A DNA stretch of 64,000 nucleotides from Felis catus (taxonomy: Eukaryota). Location: assembly GCF_018350175.1 (NCBI RefSeq), contig NC_058368.1, positions 123,444,001 through 123,508,000 of the forward strand, read 5' to 3'. A program made the position numbers and the translations under genes. This document shows positions 13,148 through 24,507 of this stretch, piece after piece (position 1 is the first letter of the stretch; every line of letters starts with the position of its first letter). Under the pieces are notes generated by a model. It worked only from the letters and a program-made list of their open reading frames with translations, searched no databases and was not told the DNA's origin.

Positions 13148-13377
13148 GTAAATATATATATATATATATTTTAAATGTTTAGTTATTTCTGAGACAGAGA
13201 GAGACAGAACATGAGCAGGGGAGGGGCAGAGAGAGAGGGAGACACAGAATCCGAAGCAGGCTCCAGGCTCTGAGCTTGTCAGCACAGAGCCTGACGCGGG
13301 GCTCGAACTCACAGACTGTGAGATCGTGACCTGAGCCGAAGTCGGTCTCTCAACCGACTGAGCCACCCAGGCGCCCC
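13148..13377 (-). mobile_element. Can-SINE between miR-449b and miR-449c
   Basis: Full-length; exact TSD AATCTCAGCAAAAAT at 13133-13147 and 13378-13392. Confidence 0.94.
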
Positions 13378-14139
13378 AATCTCAGCAAAAATTTAAAAAG
13401 ACAAACTTTCAGAATACTTGCACTTAGCTGTTCCACAGTAAATGCTTGGATATCAAAATACGGTTTTGCAGTACAAGTGAATTAACAAAGTTATACTTAA
13501 CTGTAGCTTTTCCAATTATTTCTCTTTACTGAGAAATATTTTCTCTTTACTGACCAAAAGACCAATTGTCTGTATCAGGCAGGAAAATATTTAGGAGTCA
13601 TGGAAGTGCATAATTTTGGTGTAAAAGAAAACTGTAGCTATTTTGGAAGGAAAAACATCACTATTAAAGTATTTAGGGACTTAAGTTGTCATTATTTTGT
13701 CCCCCATTATAAATAACATTAGCCATTGCATTCTGAAAGGGCTGTTATGTGTTTGATTTACTGTGTCACCACTTAAATATTGCAAGATTTTTAAAAGATT
13801 AAGAAAAATCTGTAAAAATGTTAATGGGTTTGAAACTAGAATCTATGAGTAAAGTTTAAAGGAATAAGAACAATTTTGTGTAGAGAGAAGCAAGGTGAAT
13901 GGTGATTATGAGAGATTTAAAGCATATGAGGGATGTTTATGTAGTAAAAATAAGAAAAACTCATTTATATTTGTTTTATTCTTACACTGATTAAGAGAGA
14001 AGCTACAGGCCTTGGCTTCAGACTTTGAAGGAGAAAAAGTAATACATCGGATCAATTTTAACGTGAGGATCGACCTTGGATTAGGCCACTTCTCCCGATT
14101 ATCCACAAGATGGCACCATTTCCATTTCTTTGGGGGGCA

Positions 14140-14237
14140 AGCTTTTAAATGCAACAGAGGAAAGTACAATTCGCAACTGTTAAAATGAAATAGTAACAGC
14201 CAGCTAGCAATGCGCTGCCTACATCCAAGCTTCATCC
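14140..14237 (-). ncRNA. MIR449C: pre-miR-449c with a variant seed; 5p arm at 14196-14221
   Basis: Minus strand TAGGCAGCGCATTGCTAGCTGGCTGT, then a loop, then ACAGTTGCGAATTGTACTTTCCTCTGTTGCATT. Expected position between CDC20B exon 2 and miR-449b. Confidence 0.9.
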
Positions 14238-14495
14238 TTTTCTGTTGAGCCAAAAACTAGAAAGCCCCATGGTTATACAAACAATTCCTCTTGTCAGGGA
14301 TCTTCAGTTTCTTATAGAAATGTGGGGGGAGGGTGTATAATTAGACTCTGCAGTTAGTGATATTTTAGGAGACTGATTTTTTTAAATTTTCATATTCTTA
14401 GACCAGGCCGTACTTCCAACAAGTACCTTCTTTAGGAAAAATTAGTTTGTTCAAAATCAGAATTAAGAGGACCACAGTAAGCACTAGACACTTAC

Positions 14496-14558
14496 CTTGG
14501 GAGAACCTTGACTTCTCTTTTGCTTCATGTCTTTGGCGAGCACCCGCATGACGTTCTC
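14496..14558 (-). CDS. CDC20B: CDC20B coding exon 2; the gene continues beyond the left edge of the window
   Basis: ttccaag|ENVMRVLAKDMKQKRSQGSPK|gtaagt; 63 nt, phase 0/0. Confidence 0.92.
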
Positions 14559-14805
14559 CTTGGAAAATATATATAACATGTGGAGAGAAAAATCATGTTA
14601 GGCGCGGAATGTTTCTAGATCCTCAGCTTGTCCAACCCCATTTACTCATTTTCTTTACCAGCCAAGCACCTCTAGAACACAACTGAATGACACATCGCAA
14701 AATGAAGGAAGGATCAGGGTTTAGAGTTTGTCCTACCTGTTGATCCTCAGCGGGCAGAGTCCCCTTCAGGGAGTCGGGGCTGGGAAACAAAAGGACGTTA
14801 CTCAC

Positions 14806-14868
14806 CCACAGCATCTCTTCTTCCGTCCGGACCCTCCGCGGGGCGGTGCGCTCCAGTTTCCACTCCAT
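14806..14868 (-). CDS. CDC20B: CDC20B coding exon 1
   Basis: MEWKLERTAPRRVRTEEEMLW followed by donor gtgagt; matches the recalled CDC20B N-terminus. Confidence 0.95.
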
Positions 14869-15054
14869 CTCAGGAGGATTTTCCCCTGCCGGGCGTTCGG
14901 CCTCACCTCGATCGGCTCTGGTTTTCCCCCGGTCTAAGCCAGCCTTGACGCCTAATCGTCAAACCTCTACTCTCATCCCCCAGGACCATCATTTTTCGCT
15001 CTTAACCTCCATTTCCCCCATTCCTCCCACGGCTCCCAGAGAGTATTCCCCAGG

Positions 15055-15420
15055 GTACTGTTTAAAAAGCTGGCGGGGCGGCAGCGGGAGCGGGAATCCC
15101 CCTCTCCCGCTTCTCATTGGCTAGCGCTTTGGTGACGTCAGAGGTCGGGAGGGATTCCCCCCGGCGAGCCCCTCGGCCCGCCCCCGCCTTCCAGCCCAGC
15201 CTCGCCGCCGCTTGCTCTTTGTCCGCGGAGGCGCGCACTGGAGCGCCAAGCTTTGCCGCGAGCCTTGGCGGGCCTGAGCTGGGCCCGGCGCCGAGGGCTG
15301 TCACGCCAGCAGGAGATGAGGGGGTTGGCGGGCGAAGAAGCGGGTTCTGTGAGTTCACGTTCTTTCCGTTTGCGGGGGGGGGGGGGGGGGAGGGGGACGG
15401 AGGGGGGGAGTTTTGTTACA
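15055..15420 (-). promoter_or_regulatory. CDC20B/miR-449 CpG-island promoter
   Basis: CpG-rich. TATA/CHR-like TTTAAA at 15061-15066; GC boxes; E2F-like GCGGGA at 15084-15089 and 15090-15095 and TCTCCCGC at 15103-15110; CCAAT (minus strand) at 15116-15120; perfect CRE TGACGTCA at 15133-15140. Confidence 0.8.
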
Positions 15421-18204
15421 ACGGGACTTTCTCTCCGTTGGTAATGGTGACCGTTTGTGTAAGCCACAGATATTAGACGTATCCCCCCAACGTGTTCATC
15501 AGCTCTTGTTCCACTTTCAGATAGGCAGGGAAACGTGGCAAGCGTTCTGTGCTGATGAGAAGGGAGAGCATTGACATTCACTCAGGTGCTTCTCTGCTGC
15601 AGCCATTTGGAAGTGGGCAGGTTCTCTCACTTGAGCTTCTGCGCTATCTTCCCAAACAAGAGTTGGTGAGCGAGGTGAAAGAGTTGGTGAAAGCTGGTGA
15701 CAGGGAGCACCTCATGAGGAGTGAAGAGCCAGCAAGAAAGCTGAGCAGACTGGAGGCTAAGTAATAAAGGAGAGGATGATATTGGGGGTTAAGGGAGGGG
15801 GTTAGATGGAAATGACAAGGAGCCAGATGGGCTGTGTAGCCTTAGCGGCCCCACCTGAGCTGCCAAGAGAGGCTAGCTGTGCCATATGGCAGGAGGGAAA
15901 ACTGTGTCTGGGAAGCTTCTGACAGCCAGCTTTTCCCTCCCCATAACCGCCTCCCTACCTCCCCCCGTTTGACATGGGACTGCTTGTGCTCTCATGCAAC
16001 ATGTGGGTTTGTGCATTTTACCAGGGAAGGGATTCATACATATCAGATACTCAGGGTGAGGGGGAGGAACAATTGTAGAAAGTGATTTATAAACAAAACA
16101 ACAACAAAAACTCTAAACTTACTCTCCTGTTTTCCTTCTTACTGAAAGCAAGAAAAATTGACATCAAGGCTGAGACCCAATCTTGGAACCAGTTTTCCAT
16201 CTACAGTAATAAAGGTTAGGGAAAATGCTGCACAGGGTAACATAATCAAATGAGGCTTATCAAAATGCTTGATAGCCAAATGGATTGAAATATGAAAGTT
16301 TCACCCACAAGAATTTCACCTCCTTAAAGTGCATTGACTTACAGTAAATCTTTTCAGCAAACACGGAGGCTAAATAAAGTGAGATATTGGTTGAGTTTCA
16401 ACTGTATTGTTAATTTAAAGATCAGTTTTGCAAATGTCAGCTAAAATTAGCAGCATATTGGAAATAAAATTGAAGACTTTTTGTTCTATTTTTAAGTACC
16501 ATTTTACTGTACCATTTACCAGGGAAAGGATTCATAGATAACAGATCCTCAAAAGGGTCAGTGATGGGCACAAACACAGGAGTAATAAATCCAGTTCAAT
16601 TAATGAGCTTCTAAACCCATGTAAACTGTGATTTTAGAATCCATGCCCTTACAAGTATTAAGAATAGTGTTTTATTCTTTTAGAATTCAGTTATCTGTAA
16701 TGCATTCATAAATTCCATTTTAGCCACTAATTCCACAGCATATCACACAATCTCCAAATGCCTTTCCCCCCTAGGTTAAAGCAGTAAAAGTATTTTCCTT
16801 TAAAAAGTTATTGTGCATTTAAGTATTCATATTGAAATTTAGTAAGAATGATGGAAGTAGAAAAATCACCATGCTAAACACCTTAGTACTAACTGTTGCA
16901 GTCAAGGATCATGAATGGTAAAACCGAGGTACATATGATGAGGGTGTCTGCCTCCTATGACCCAATGCAAAAAGGAAAATCATAACTTCTCATTGGATAA
17001 ACCTGGCAGCCACCACCTCACCATTAAGGACACCATTTTAATTAACCTCACCATTAAGGACACACTGACATCTTGTGCCTCCTGATATGATGCACTAGAA
17101 AGGGCACAACATAACTAATTTAATATTTTTGCCCAAAAATGCATAACCTGAATTAATAATGAGAAAATACTAAACCAACCAAATTAAAGAACATTCACAA
17201 AATGTCGAGTAGTATTCTTCAAAAGTACAGTCATGAAAAAGAAAAATTGAGAAACTATCACCAATTAGAAGTATCTATGTAAAACATAACAATTAAATGC
17301 ATTGTGAGATCCTGGATTCAATCCTGGACTGGGGTGAGGGGGAGGAACAATTGTTGTAGAAATCAGAATAATATCTGTAGATAGTGAACAGAGTAGTAGT
17401 AATGCTAATTTCCTACTCATAATCATTGTGTTATAGTTGTGTTAAATGCTAACATCTGGGGAAGCTGGGTTAAGGATATAATGGAATTATTTGTACCATT
17501 TGTGTAACATTTTTCTAAGTCAAAAATTATTTCAAAATAAGAAATTAATATCATGTGATCATATTAATAGGACATGGCACAACTGTTTAAGAGAAAATTG
17601 ATATATCCTGTAAACATTTTATCTTAATATTTATCAAATACGGTTTAGGAATAGGGTCTAATTCATATATTTATGTGCCTGTGTGTGATTTACTATCTTC
17701 AAAGTGTTTCCTCCTTTGGAGAGGGTTTTGCAGGCAGGTCTGTGATAAGGACCAGGGCTGTGAGGAAGGCTTCTCCACAAAAGCCAAGGCCAGTTCCAAC
17801 GGTGTCAAGGTGAAGGGGGGTAAGTGGTGAAGCAGTGAGAAGGGAGAAAGGCGTTTTTCTTGACTCCTATCTGGCCTGCTGTCTGAGAGTCTGAACAGGT
17901 CTCTACCGATGGGAAGCCAAGAGGAGAAACAAACTTGCCAAGTGCAGATTTTTTCAATTACATGATCACATTTTCTTCCTAAATAATAATGTTAAGAATC
18001 TCACATACACAATGCACCAAGTCAGCTCCCTTCATCCGCCCTCCCAGCTTTCTCCTTTCCCCAGAGCTCTGTCAGACCTTTTCCAATGCATTTACATACA
18101 TACGTGTGTACTCAGTCTGACGCTGTGCATCTTCCTACGTAAATATGATCTTACTATACTTATCGTTTTGCACCTTGCTTTTTCTACTTCGCTGTATTCA
18201 GTTG

Positions 18205-18460
18205 CAAACCGGAGAGCTTCCCCAGCCCCAGCTCCAACTGCCGGGTCTCACGCCCCTCTGGCCCGGCGTCTCCCGCTAGGCTTGCGCCCCCACCTGTGGT
18301 GCCAGCCCGCCCCGACTCGCGCCCCACCTCCCGCGCCAGCCAGACCACTTTGGCGCCCGCCTACCGGACAAAAGGGACCGTTGGAGTGCGCTCCAACGGT
18401 CCCTGGGGCACGTCCCCGCCAGGTGCGGGTAGGGGGTGGGGGGTGGGGGGTAGGAGGGAG
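18205..18460. promoter_or_regulatory. Orphan CpG-rich element, candidate enhancer with E2F and MYB motifs
   Basis: Abrupt GC/CpG-rich patch in AT-rich DNA. TTTGGCGC at 18349-18356, TCCCGCGCC at 18329-18337, and a 13-bp-arm palindrome at 18374-18403 containing CCGTTG/CAACGG. Confidence 0.55.
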
Positions 18461-21400
18461 GTGCCTACCATTCAGGATCCATTCAGCTCCAGTCCAAGTA
18501 GGATGGGAAAGCCTGGATGCAGGGGAGAGTTTGGGATAGCTGCACTGTGGTAGAGTCGGGAAGTTAGCTGTGAAGTTTGGGGAAAGAAAGGGAAGGAGAC
18601 CATCATGTTCTGGACAGATAAACTGAGCGTGTCTGCTCCCAATCATATATAGCTCAAAATAGCACGTGGGAAGGAATAAATGAATCCCTTATAATTCAGG
18701 CTAGCAGCCGGGCTCGGAAAATAATTTGTAAAGATTCTACCAAATAAAAGCCTCAGTCAGAAGAGTAGTCAATAAACTACCGTGTCACCTCTGGTCACAA
18801 TGGACTTACCACTTTTTCAGTTATAAGTGGTTTTTGTACATGCCTATTTTTCGGTTACCGCCCGGCTTCTAAGTACCGGGTCTGTCCTTATTAAAATATA
18901 TTTGTCCATGATACCCGAGCTAATGAAGGTGGAGGGTACAATTTACCCAGCTTAAAGCGTGAAATCTGAAGATCACTTCGCCTCCAACTATTCATCTTCT
19001 TTTATGCATTTACCCCTTCTCTTTCAGCTTAAGGCAGCTCTTGCGTAGGGTACTAACTAAAATAAGATACTTCTCCAGAATTGTAAGGAATGTAAGGAAA
19101 ATACCAAATTTTACAGTACAAAATACAGTACAAATACAGTACAAAATACAGTACAAATCTGTATAAACTATGGGTAAAGTGAGGTATATGAACATGGTAC
19201 CCCCTCAAAGAGGGCTCATGAATGCTGTAGACTTAAAAATCCTTTTACTAGATATCCTAGCAGCACTTCAAACACAACATAATCCAAAACAGAATTAAGA
19301 ATCCTTCTTATTCCTCCTCACCACAAACAGCCTGTTTTCTGCCTGCTTGCACCCTGTTCCCAATATCCCTATCTTACTTGTGGAATAGAGTCAAAGTCAG
19401 CCTTCTTTAACACTTTCCCTTCCCATAAGATTACATCTGCCTTCTTCTTGAACTATTATTACAGTAACCTCATTGATAATTCAATATCTAGTCTATTCCC
19501 ATTAATTCCATTTAACATGTTTATTAATGTTTATTATTAATAATATATTAGTTATTAATATAATAATTATAATTAATTAATTTTTAATCTATTAATTATT
19601 AATATAATGTTTATAATTAATTAATAATTTTTATTATTAATTAATTCCATTTAACATGTTTATTTGCACAGAACAAGTTCCATACACCATGTGAAGCAGT
19701 GAGGATCCAGTGGTAAAGCTATAAAAGGCACTATGCATTATCTTTACTGAATTGGATTTCTCCCCTGCCCCAAATCCCTACAAGGATTTCCTTACACACA
19801 GAATTAAGTTCCAAACTTTCTATCTGACATGCAAGCCCTCTACAATTCAACTTCCTTCTACCTTTCTTGCATCATCTGTGATGATACCACTAGTATATTC
19901 TGTTCCCCACAACGTAGGTGATGCCCAGCCCTCTCCTGCCTTCAGGCTACCTCTCTTGTTGTTGTTTATTTATTTATTTTCTTGCAAGGAAAATGTGGGG
20001 CTCATGCTCTACTGGGGCTGAGTCAGTGAAGCACTCCACCCAGGCAGCCATCTCACTTTTGAGGGTTTTTTTTTTTTTCATGTCTTCTAGCAATCTTACC
20101 CTTGAAATTTCAGTTACCTGTTCTAAAACCCTTCTCAAATCTCCCCAATTCTAAATTTTTCTTCCCTATGTTCCTGTAGCATTTTGTTTGTATCTTTAGT
20201 CAGCTTAATTCCAGGTTTTGTATTTGTGTAAGTATATTGTAAGCTCCAAGAATACAAGGATCTGGTCTTTTTCATCTCTGTATCCTCCAGAGAATGGTCA
20301 ATGCTTTGTACATAGTAAGCTTTGTACATAGTTCATATTCAATAACTGTTGGCAGAATTGATTTGTAGATGAGATTAGAACCGTTCCCAAATCCTGGAAC
20401 TAGGATTGTAGAGTCACAAAAGAAAGACCTTAATATGGCTATTCCTAGAAGGTAATACACCCAATTTTAAGAAAATTATGGGTTAAAGGGTATAGTGGAA
20501 AGCAAAGGCGCTTGGACTAAGGTAGATTTGGGTCTTCCTAGGCCTGCCACTTGCTAAGCACGTAACTTGAAACGTGTTGTTTCACCCCTTTAAGTCTCAG
20601 GTTCCTCCTCTGTAAAATATAATTACTACCTACTATACAGATTGATAATGAGGTTCAAGAGAGATATTATAAAATCCCTGAAAGTAAAAATTCTTTTCTT
20701 TGAGATGAAGTAATGATATTTAGATGGCTAATTTAAGAGAGTATTTGGATAATAAACATGTCTTTATAAAGCACTGGCCAGAGGCTAGTATCCCTAGGTC
20801 CAGAGCCTATACATAGTAGGTGTCTGACACATAGTAGGTGGTCAAGAAATAATATATAAGTGAACAAATTCCAAACTCCAATCCAGTTCTCTAAGTAGTA
20901 ATACACTAAATCAAGAGGAATCCATATGGCTACTCTAGTTTGATGGTTATATCACTGGAGAATACACATTTTAAATGTGTTCCAATTCTGTGCTCACCAG
21001 GCAACTTTTTGATTTATGACTTAAGCTTAAGTCTGGGAAGTCTTACCCCTGATATGGAAATGATCCCACTCTAGACAGTTATATATCTACAACTGTAAAT
21101 GAATTGAATTCTCATTTATTCACCAGATTTGAGCTTGGTAAGTCAGTACCACATAATTGCAATGAATTGACAACAGTTCTGGAGAAGTGGAATAGAAATG
21201 GAGTGGTGAAAAGAACAGTGGAATTCCACTCTGCCATTCATTCACAGTGTGGTTTTGGCCAAGTTACTCCTCCCCACAAGAAGTCAAATTACAAAATGAG
21301 GAGAGAGTAGCCTGAGCGAACGCTAACATATTTCTCACCTCTGCATCATACGATTGACAAATTACCCACCAAAGTGACCTCCACATGGTATCCCCCAGCA

Positions 21401-21579
21401 GGGAAACTGATTGAAATCAGCCATTCCTTCAGTCACTGTGTCTGATCACAGCAATGCGAAAGCCCCCTGCCACAGTTCCCACCAGCACATGAGAAGTTAG
21501 CTTTCTAGAGCGTAACATAAAAGGAAGCAGAGTACCACCAAAGGGCAGTTTGGAGCCTTAAGTCCTAAAGTCAGGGCTT

Positions 21580-21778
21580 ATTTATTTGTTTGTTTGTTTG
21601 TTTGTTTATTTATTGACAAATTGGTTTCCATACAACACCCAGTGCTCATCCCAAAAGGTGCCCTCCTCAATACCCATCACCCACCCTCTCCTCCCTCCCA
21701 CCCCCCATCAACCCTCAGTTTGTTCTCAGTTTTTAACAGTCTCTTATGCTTTGGCTCTCTCCCACTCTAACCTCTTTT
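21580..21778 (-). mobile_element. Short L1 3'-end fragment
   Basis: Same terminal sequence (TTG-CAAATTGGTTTCCATACAACACCC…) as the L1 ends at 30730 and 48422. Confidence 0.8.
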
Positions 21779-22856
21779 TATAAAGCCAGAGGGTGAAGAA
21801 TTGGAGGATCAGTTTAAATAAACCCATGCAAAAAGCTAATTTAAAAATCAGTCTTTGTTCCTTCTTACCTATTTTAAGATTGCTTACTCTTACACCTTTT
21901 TCCCCAAGTTTTCCAGGGGCCACTGGTAATTTAGATGTAAACTTTCAAGTCTAGGGTTTGATTTTATCCTATTTACAATCTAAGAAGTTAGCCTCTGCTG
22001 TTTCATAGATGCTGGTAGAAGACACAAGACTTGTGGGTCAGAGACAAAGGACTTTATTACTCACAACACAGCAATCAGCAGGAGCATTATGCTTACATCA
22101 ATTCACCATGCCTCCAAATCTCGGAGGTGCAATGCAGAGGGCCCATATAGATGCCTGCCCCCATAGTGGGTTGCATGAGAGGAAAAGAATGCTTAGCTTG
22201 GGGAATCCACTGCTTTTACAGTAAGCAGAAGCAAGCCTGCTCTTTTTCCCAGATGGAGAGGTTAACTCACCACTCAAATTTATTTGTTGCAAATCAGTTC
22301 TGAGAAATAGACTAGATAAAGGGTCCTCCAGAGCTTGGATCCTTAGTATATTTAGCAAACCTGCAGGAATGTGAGAGACTCATTCCACTTGAAATTCCAC
22401 TCCACTCCACTGTGGAGTATCTTCCAGATAAATGTTAAGGTTTCTGTTCCTAATCCAATTTTATTTTTATTAATTGGATTTATTAATTAATAAATTATTG
22501 ATACTTAAATAAACTATTAAATTGGTTGTTAATTTTATTAATTGGATTAATTTTATTAATGACACAGAATGTGTTCCTTTTTGTCTTTTTGCTCCTTTAT
22601 AGCATGGAGTTGTGAAAAGACCACAGGCTTTGAAGCCTGAAGACTTGGTTTTGGAAGCTTAGCTTTTTCCACCTACTACTTGTATGAAGTTAGCCACATC
22701 ATTAACCAGAACCTTTATAAGGCCTAAAATTCCCCAAATGATCTGGCCTCTACCTTTCTCTCCAGCTTTGCCGGGAACCACCCACCTCCTTGCATTCTTT
22801 TTATAAGGACTTTTCCTGAAACAAGCCATTCTCCTTCACCTTGAGTTCTGTGTATA

Positions 22857-23175
22857 CAGTTGACCCTTGAACAATGAAGGGCTTGAGGGGCACTAGTCCC
22901 CGACATGGTTGAAAATCTGCATATAACTTTGATTCCCCAAAACTCACTTGTTGCTGTTGACCAGAAGCCTTACCAGTAACATAAACAATAAACATATATT
23001 TGGTATGTTATATTTATTATATACTATATTCTTAAAGTAAGCTAGAGAAGCGAAAATGTTTTTAAGAAAATCATAAGAAAAATACATTTACAGTACTGTA
23101 CTGTATTTATGGGAAAAAGTCTGTGTGTAAGTGAATCCATGTAGTTTAAAACCCATGTTGTTCAAGGGTCAACTG
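22857..23175. mobile_element. Tc1/mariner (Tigger2-like) non-autonomous DNA transposon
   Basis: Perfect 18-bp TIRs CAGTTGACCCTTGAACAA at 22857-22874 and 23158-23175, each flanked by TA. Confidence 0.88.
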
Positions 23176-23478
23176 TATTTTGTTCTTCCTATTGCCCCTC
23201 CTCCTTGACCTAGTTAACTTCTGTTCTTATTCTAGGTCTTAATTCAAACATTACTTCCTTATCTAACTTTTCATGCCATATTCCACCTCCTAATTATTTG
23301 CTCTCATGGTACCCTCTTCTTTTACCATTTAGGATTTATTTTGATTTACTCCACCCCAAATCATGAGATAAGCTCTATGTGATTCTACTGCAAGAAGTCT
23401 TGGAATGACTTAACTTCTCTTAGCCTCATTTACTCCTGCTATAGAACTGAACATTTGAATTAAAATCTCTACCTTCTC

Positions 23479-23714
23479 AGGGCACCTGGGTGGCTCAGTC
23501 ACTTAAGTGTCCAACTTTGGCTCAGGTTATGATCTCATGGTTTGTGAGTTGGAGCCCCACGTTGAGCTCTGTGCTGACAGCTAAGAGCCTGAGGCCTGCT
23601 TTGGATTCTGTGTCTCCCTCTCTCTGCCCTTCCCCTGGTTGTGCTCTCTCTCTGTCTCTGTCTCTCTCTCTCTAAAAAATAAACATTAAAAACAAGTTAA
23701 AAATAACTTTAAAA
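23479..23714 (+). mobile_element. Can-SINE
   Basis: Typical head and tail; TSD AAAATCTCTACCTTCTC on both sides. Confidence 0.9.
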
Positions 23715-24032
23715 AAAATCTCTACCTTCTCTACATTTTTCTGATGTAATTTCAAGTAAAGGGTATCCCAGGAGTCAGTATAGTGTAGGTATTACAGAAG
23801 TGGACTCTGGAGTACAGCCAAATTTGGTTTGAATAACCCCCCTTCCATTTACTATCTGTAATATCTGGGGCAATTATTTCATCTCCCAGCTTTAATACCC
23901 AGGTGAAAACACAAGTGATCATGGAACTTTACCTGAAAATCTTATCGGCACTTCATACGTGCCAGGCACATGGTATGTGCTCAGTAAATCTGTTACAGGT
24001 GCTGCTGCCACACTGATTTGTATGGCCTAGAA

Positions 24033-24321
24033 AGCACTGCCTGGTAGAAATATAATGCAAACCATATATGTAATTTTATACTTCCTAGTAGACATACTAA
24101 GAAAAGTAAAGATAAGTAGGTGAGATTAATTTAAATAACCTAATATATACAAAACATCATTTTCACATGTAATCCATATAAAAAATGAGGTATTTTATGA
24201 TTTTTTTCTATTAAGTCTTCAAAATGTTGTGTATATTCTACACTTATAGAACATCTCAATTCATACTATCTGCATTTCAAGTCCTCAATAGCTAGTGGGT
24301 ACCATTTTGGACAGTGTAGCC
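24033..24321. mobile_element. hAT-Charlie MITE remnant (MER33-like)
   Basis: Resembles recalled MER33 (TAGAAATATAATGC-A-CCA-ATATGTAATTTTA … TACCAT-TTGGACAG). Confidence 0.55.
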
Positions 24322-24507
24322 TTAGAGACTTCTAATAGTTCCAATGGCTCTACCCCTTTTCCTCTGTCAGGTTGTTGATATGACCTACTTCAGCTTCTTC
24401 AACCAATTGTTCAGCATTTTCAACCAATTATTCATGGACTGGGTACTATTTTAAGTACTAGAAGTAATTACTTAACTCTAGTTTTACTCAATATGGAATA
24501 TTTCCTT

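Noticed and set aside
18374..18403. Palindrome as a pre-miRNA or terminator
   Set aside because: The 13-bp stem is too short for Drosha and does not extend; intrinsic terminators do not apply to this genome.
18012..18539. 175-aa ATG ORF across the orphan CpG element
   Set aside because: Joins repeat-like AT-rich sequence to a GC-rich patch; no homology or splice structure recognised.
19112..19158. Short tandem (TACAGTACAAAA)-type array as CRISPR-like
   Set aside because: Four 11-12-bp units without spacers; an ordinary minisatellite in a eukaryotic genome.
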